A stretch of 64,000 bases of DNA from positions 1 to 64,000 of the forward strand of contig QPGO01000116.1 in the NCBI GenBank assembly GCA_008632985.1, given 5' to 3'. The stretch's first letter is position 1; every line of letters starts with the position of its first letter. Source of the DNA: Psammoneis japonica. Taxonomy: Eukaryota. The notes under the pieces were generated by a model, which saw nothing but the letters and a program-made list of their open reading frames with translations, did no database searches and had not been told where the DNA came from. The position numbers and the translations under genes were made by a program. Shown here piece after piece: positions 62,048 to 64,000 of the stretch.

Positions 62048-62470
62048 ATGCGTGGACTCGAAGCGATTGTTTGCGACAAGTACGGCTGCACTTATGCAGA
62101 GGCGAAAGAAATGATTTCAGAAGCTAAGGCTTCCTTGAACGTGGAGGATGTGACCAAGAGCCAAGACGAGATGCTCACGAAGATTGGAGAGCTGTGGGAG
62201 GAGCGCAAGCCATCTGACGAAGAACTCGAGGCTCGCAAGGACGAAAGGACTGATTCTACCAGGAAAGCCTTGGATGACCAGTTGGCGCATGCTCAGGAAA
62301 AGAGGGAGAAGGGAAATCGCGACTGGTTCTGCTGCCTCACCTTGGGAGTATACCCCTGGTGCAGCAAGAAGAGGAGCCCCATTAAGGAGGACTTCGATAA
62401 AAGAGTTGAGGACCACAAGAAGCGTGCCGACGCCGCCCCTGAGAAGCAGGAAGAAGCTGTTGAAAACTAA
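62048..62470 (+). CDS. Small charged protein of unknown function (paralog of 61012-61374)
   Basis: MRGLEAIVCDKYGCTYAEAKEMISEAKASL. Shares TKI.ELWE.RKP and C..TLG...W with the paralog. Confidence 0.8.
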   Translation: MRGLEAIVCDKYGCTYAEAKEMISEAKASLNVEDVTKSQDEMLTKIGELWEERKPSDEELEARKDERTDSTRKALDDQLAHAQEKREKGNRDWFCCLTLGVYPWCSKKRSPIKEDFDKRVEDHKKRADAAPEKQEEAVEN

Positions 62471-63284
62471 GTGCAGCGGATGTAGGTATTGCACCCAGGG
62501 CCAGTGTATGACTGGCGCTTGGTTCTTGCAGAGACATTTTTGTCTATGACTCAATGTTGTCGATGATATATATGTAGTTTGTGTTTGTCGGTGTTTTGTT
62601 CACTCTGTAAGATATGTGAGTCACAATCCGACTAGGTAGTAGTTTTTAAAGATAATGTGTGAACTTTCAGCCTCACAATTGGGTACAGTGACGGTCGATA
62701 CTCGATACATTCAACAAACGAAGATCGGAGAAAACTGCCTAACACAGACTGCAGTAAAATCCTCATACCTGTACGCAACAATATCATTGTCTCTAGGTCA
62801 ATACCTCCCAAATTGAAGTACTGTCAAGCGAAAACAGTCAGGGAGAGGCAGATGACATGCCGCGTTCGTCACCACACACCACACCCCACACCCACCACCA
62901 TTGGGCCTGGAGATGATCGTCTGATTCAGCAGGCCCCATGAAATGGACGGCCTGCTTTCTTATCGCAATCTTTCATCAAAACAGACCCAAATGAGTTCGT
63001 CCTATCGGTATCCGGTACGTTATGGTAGTCTAGGATTACGTCGTCGGAAAATGGAGCTATCCGAGAGACGGATTAGAAAGTTCTGTCTGTCATCGGTTCA
63101 CTTGCCTGAAGTCTGCTCAGCTGTCGGGAGTCGTCGAGTTGGGCGCCCCAGCCTGCAACCCCGCCTGCAAACGACATCGACCAAATAGGCCTACAGTACG
63201 GTACTAACAACCTTAGAGGGCCCTCCCTGGAGGTGTCTTGGCTAGGGATGCTAGTAGTCTAGAGCAGAGCTATGGTAGGACTAG

Positions 63285-63289
63285 ATCTC

Positions 63290-63330
<41 letters not shown>
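63285..63330. repeat. (CT)n microsatellite
   Basis: Directly visible. Confidence 0.9.
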
Positions 63331-63332
<2 letters not shown>

Positions 63333-63655
63333 AGTTGGGACCCTAAGAGTAATTCGACATGAGTTACGTTTTCTTTTTAGAGAGCAGAAGTCTCTCTCTC
63401 TGATGCCATTGTTCAGCCATATTTACGTCGATTTAGACTGTGGCCATTGCTCTCTAACTTTTAGCATTGGCCCGGCATACCTTCAGCGGAAGCAAATACT
63501 AGGTAGAGTAGACGAGCAAAGATGCGGCAGGGGCACCGCAGCTCTGAGAATAAAAGAACTGTCCAAGTACCCGGTTCACACATATCCCAGCTAGAAACTT
63601 GAGAATAACTCATGGTATTACAAAAAATTATCCTGAATATCATTATCTCTGCGAC

Positions 63656-64000
63656 TTACGCAGTCTCTCCATCCTTATTCTCCTCCTTGATTGTAAAAAT
63701 CTTTTCTTCTTCTGGTGTATCGTCCTTGAGTAGATTCTTAACAATGTTGAGCACAGACTTTGTCGACTTTCCCTCAATGGTACGTCGGAACCGTTCCTCA
63801 TTCACGTCCACGCCGCCAATGCTCTCGATGCGACGCATCAGTTTCTCAGCTTCTTCCCCGTCAATCGTGGAAGATCCGTCCTTATCCGTACGCAGAATAA
63901 CATCCAGCAGGTTCTGTAAGACACTCGTTTTGACCTGGTTCTGCATCTCTTTCAAAATCTCACGATTCTCAGCCACTTGTCCCTCAAAAGTGGCGATCGA
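63656..64000 (-). CDS. 3' end of an EF-hand-containing protein (partial)
   Basis: DKDGSSTIDGEE EF-hand loop. The ORF runs towards the window edge. Confidence 0.7.
   Translation of the reverse strand, partial: SIATFEGQVAENREILKEMQNQVKTSVLQNLLDVILRTDKDGSSTIDGEEAEKLMRRIESIGGVDVNEERFRRTIEGKSTKSVLNIVKNLLKDDTPEEEKIFTIKEENKDGETA

Overview
Eukaryotic nuclear scaffold with N gaps, most likely a diatom (bipartite plastid-targeting peptide on an RpiA, short GT-AG introns, CoDi-like Ty1/copia elements). Positions 1-35.9 kb are a transposon-rich block. It holds two copies of one Ty1/copia family (1-4619 +, 26470-33389 -) plus derivatives, a 6.5-kb TIR element with a RecQ-like helicase and a convergent transposase-like gene (AcademH-like), older relics, and one host gene. 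Positions 36-64 kb are gene-dense (HDAC, TAF11-like, class III aminotransferase, two head-to-head RpiA, SDR, CDPK, a Ufd2-core/UBC fusion, a small paralog pair), interrupted by a full-length copia with AG...CT termini and a GGTCT TSD. The main signal is that every repeat, but no host gene, shows targeted TpA to TpG/CpA conversion (A:T to G:C on both strands). All 7 differences between the two LTRs of the youngest element fall on ancestral TpA sites, Tyr codons become Cys/His, and surviving TpAs are mostly in Y-TA-R context. This looks like a repeat-targeted, post-insertion hypermutation process, RIP-like but running in the opposite direction. All counts and family assignments were made by eye, without searches.
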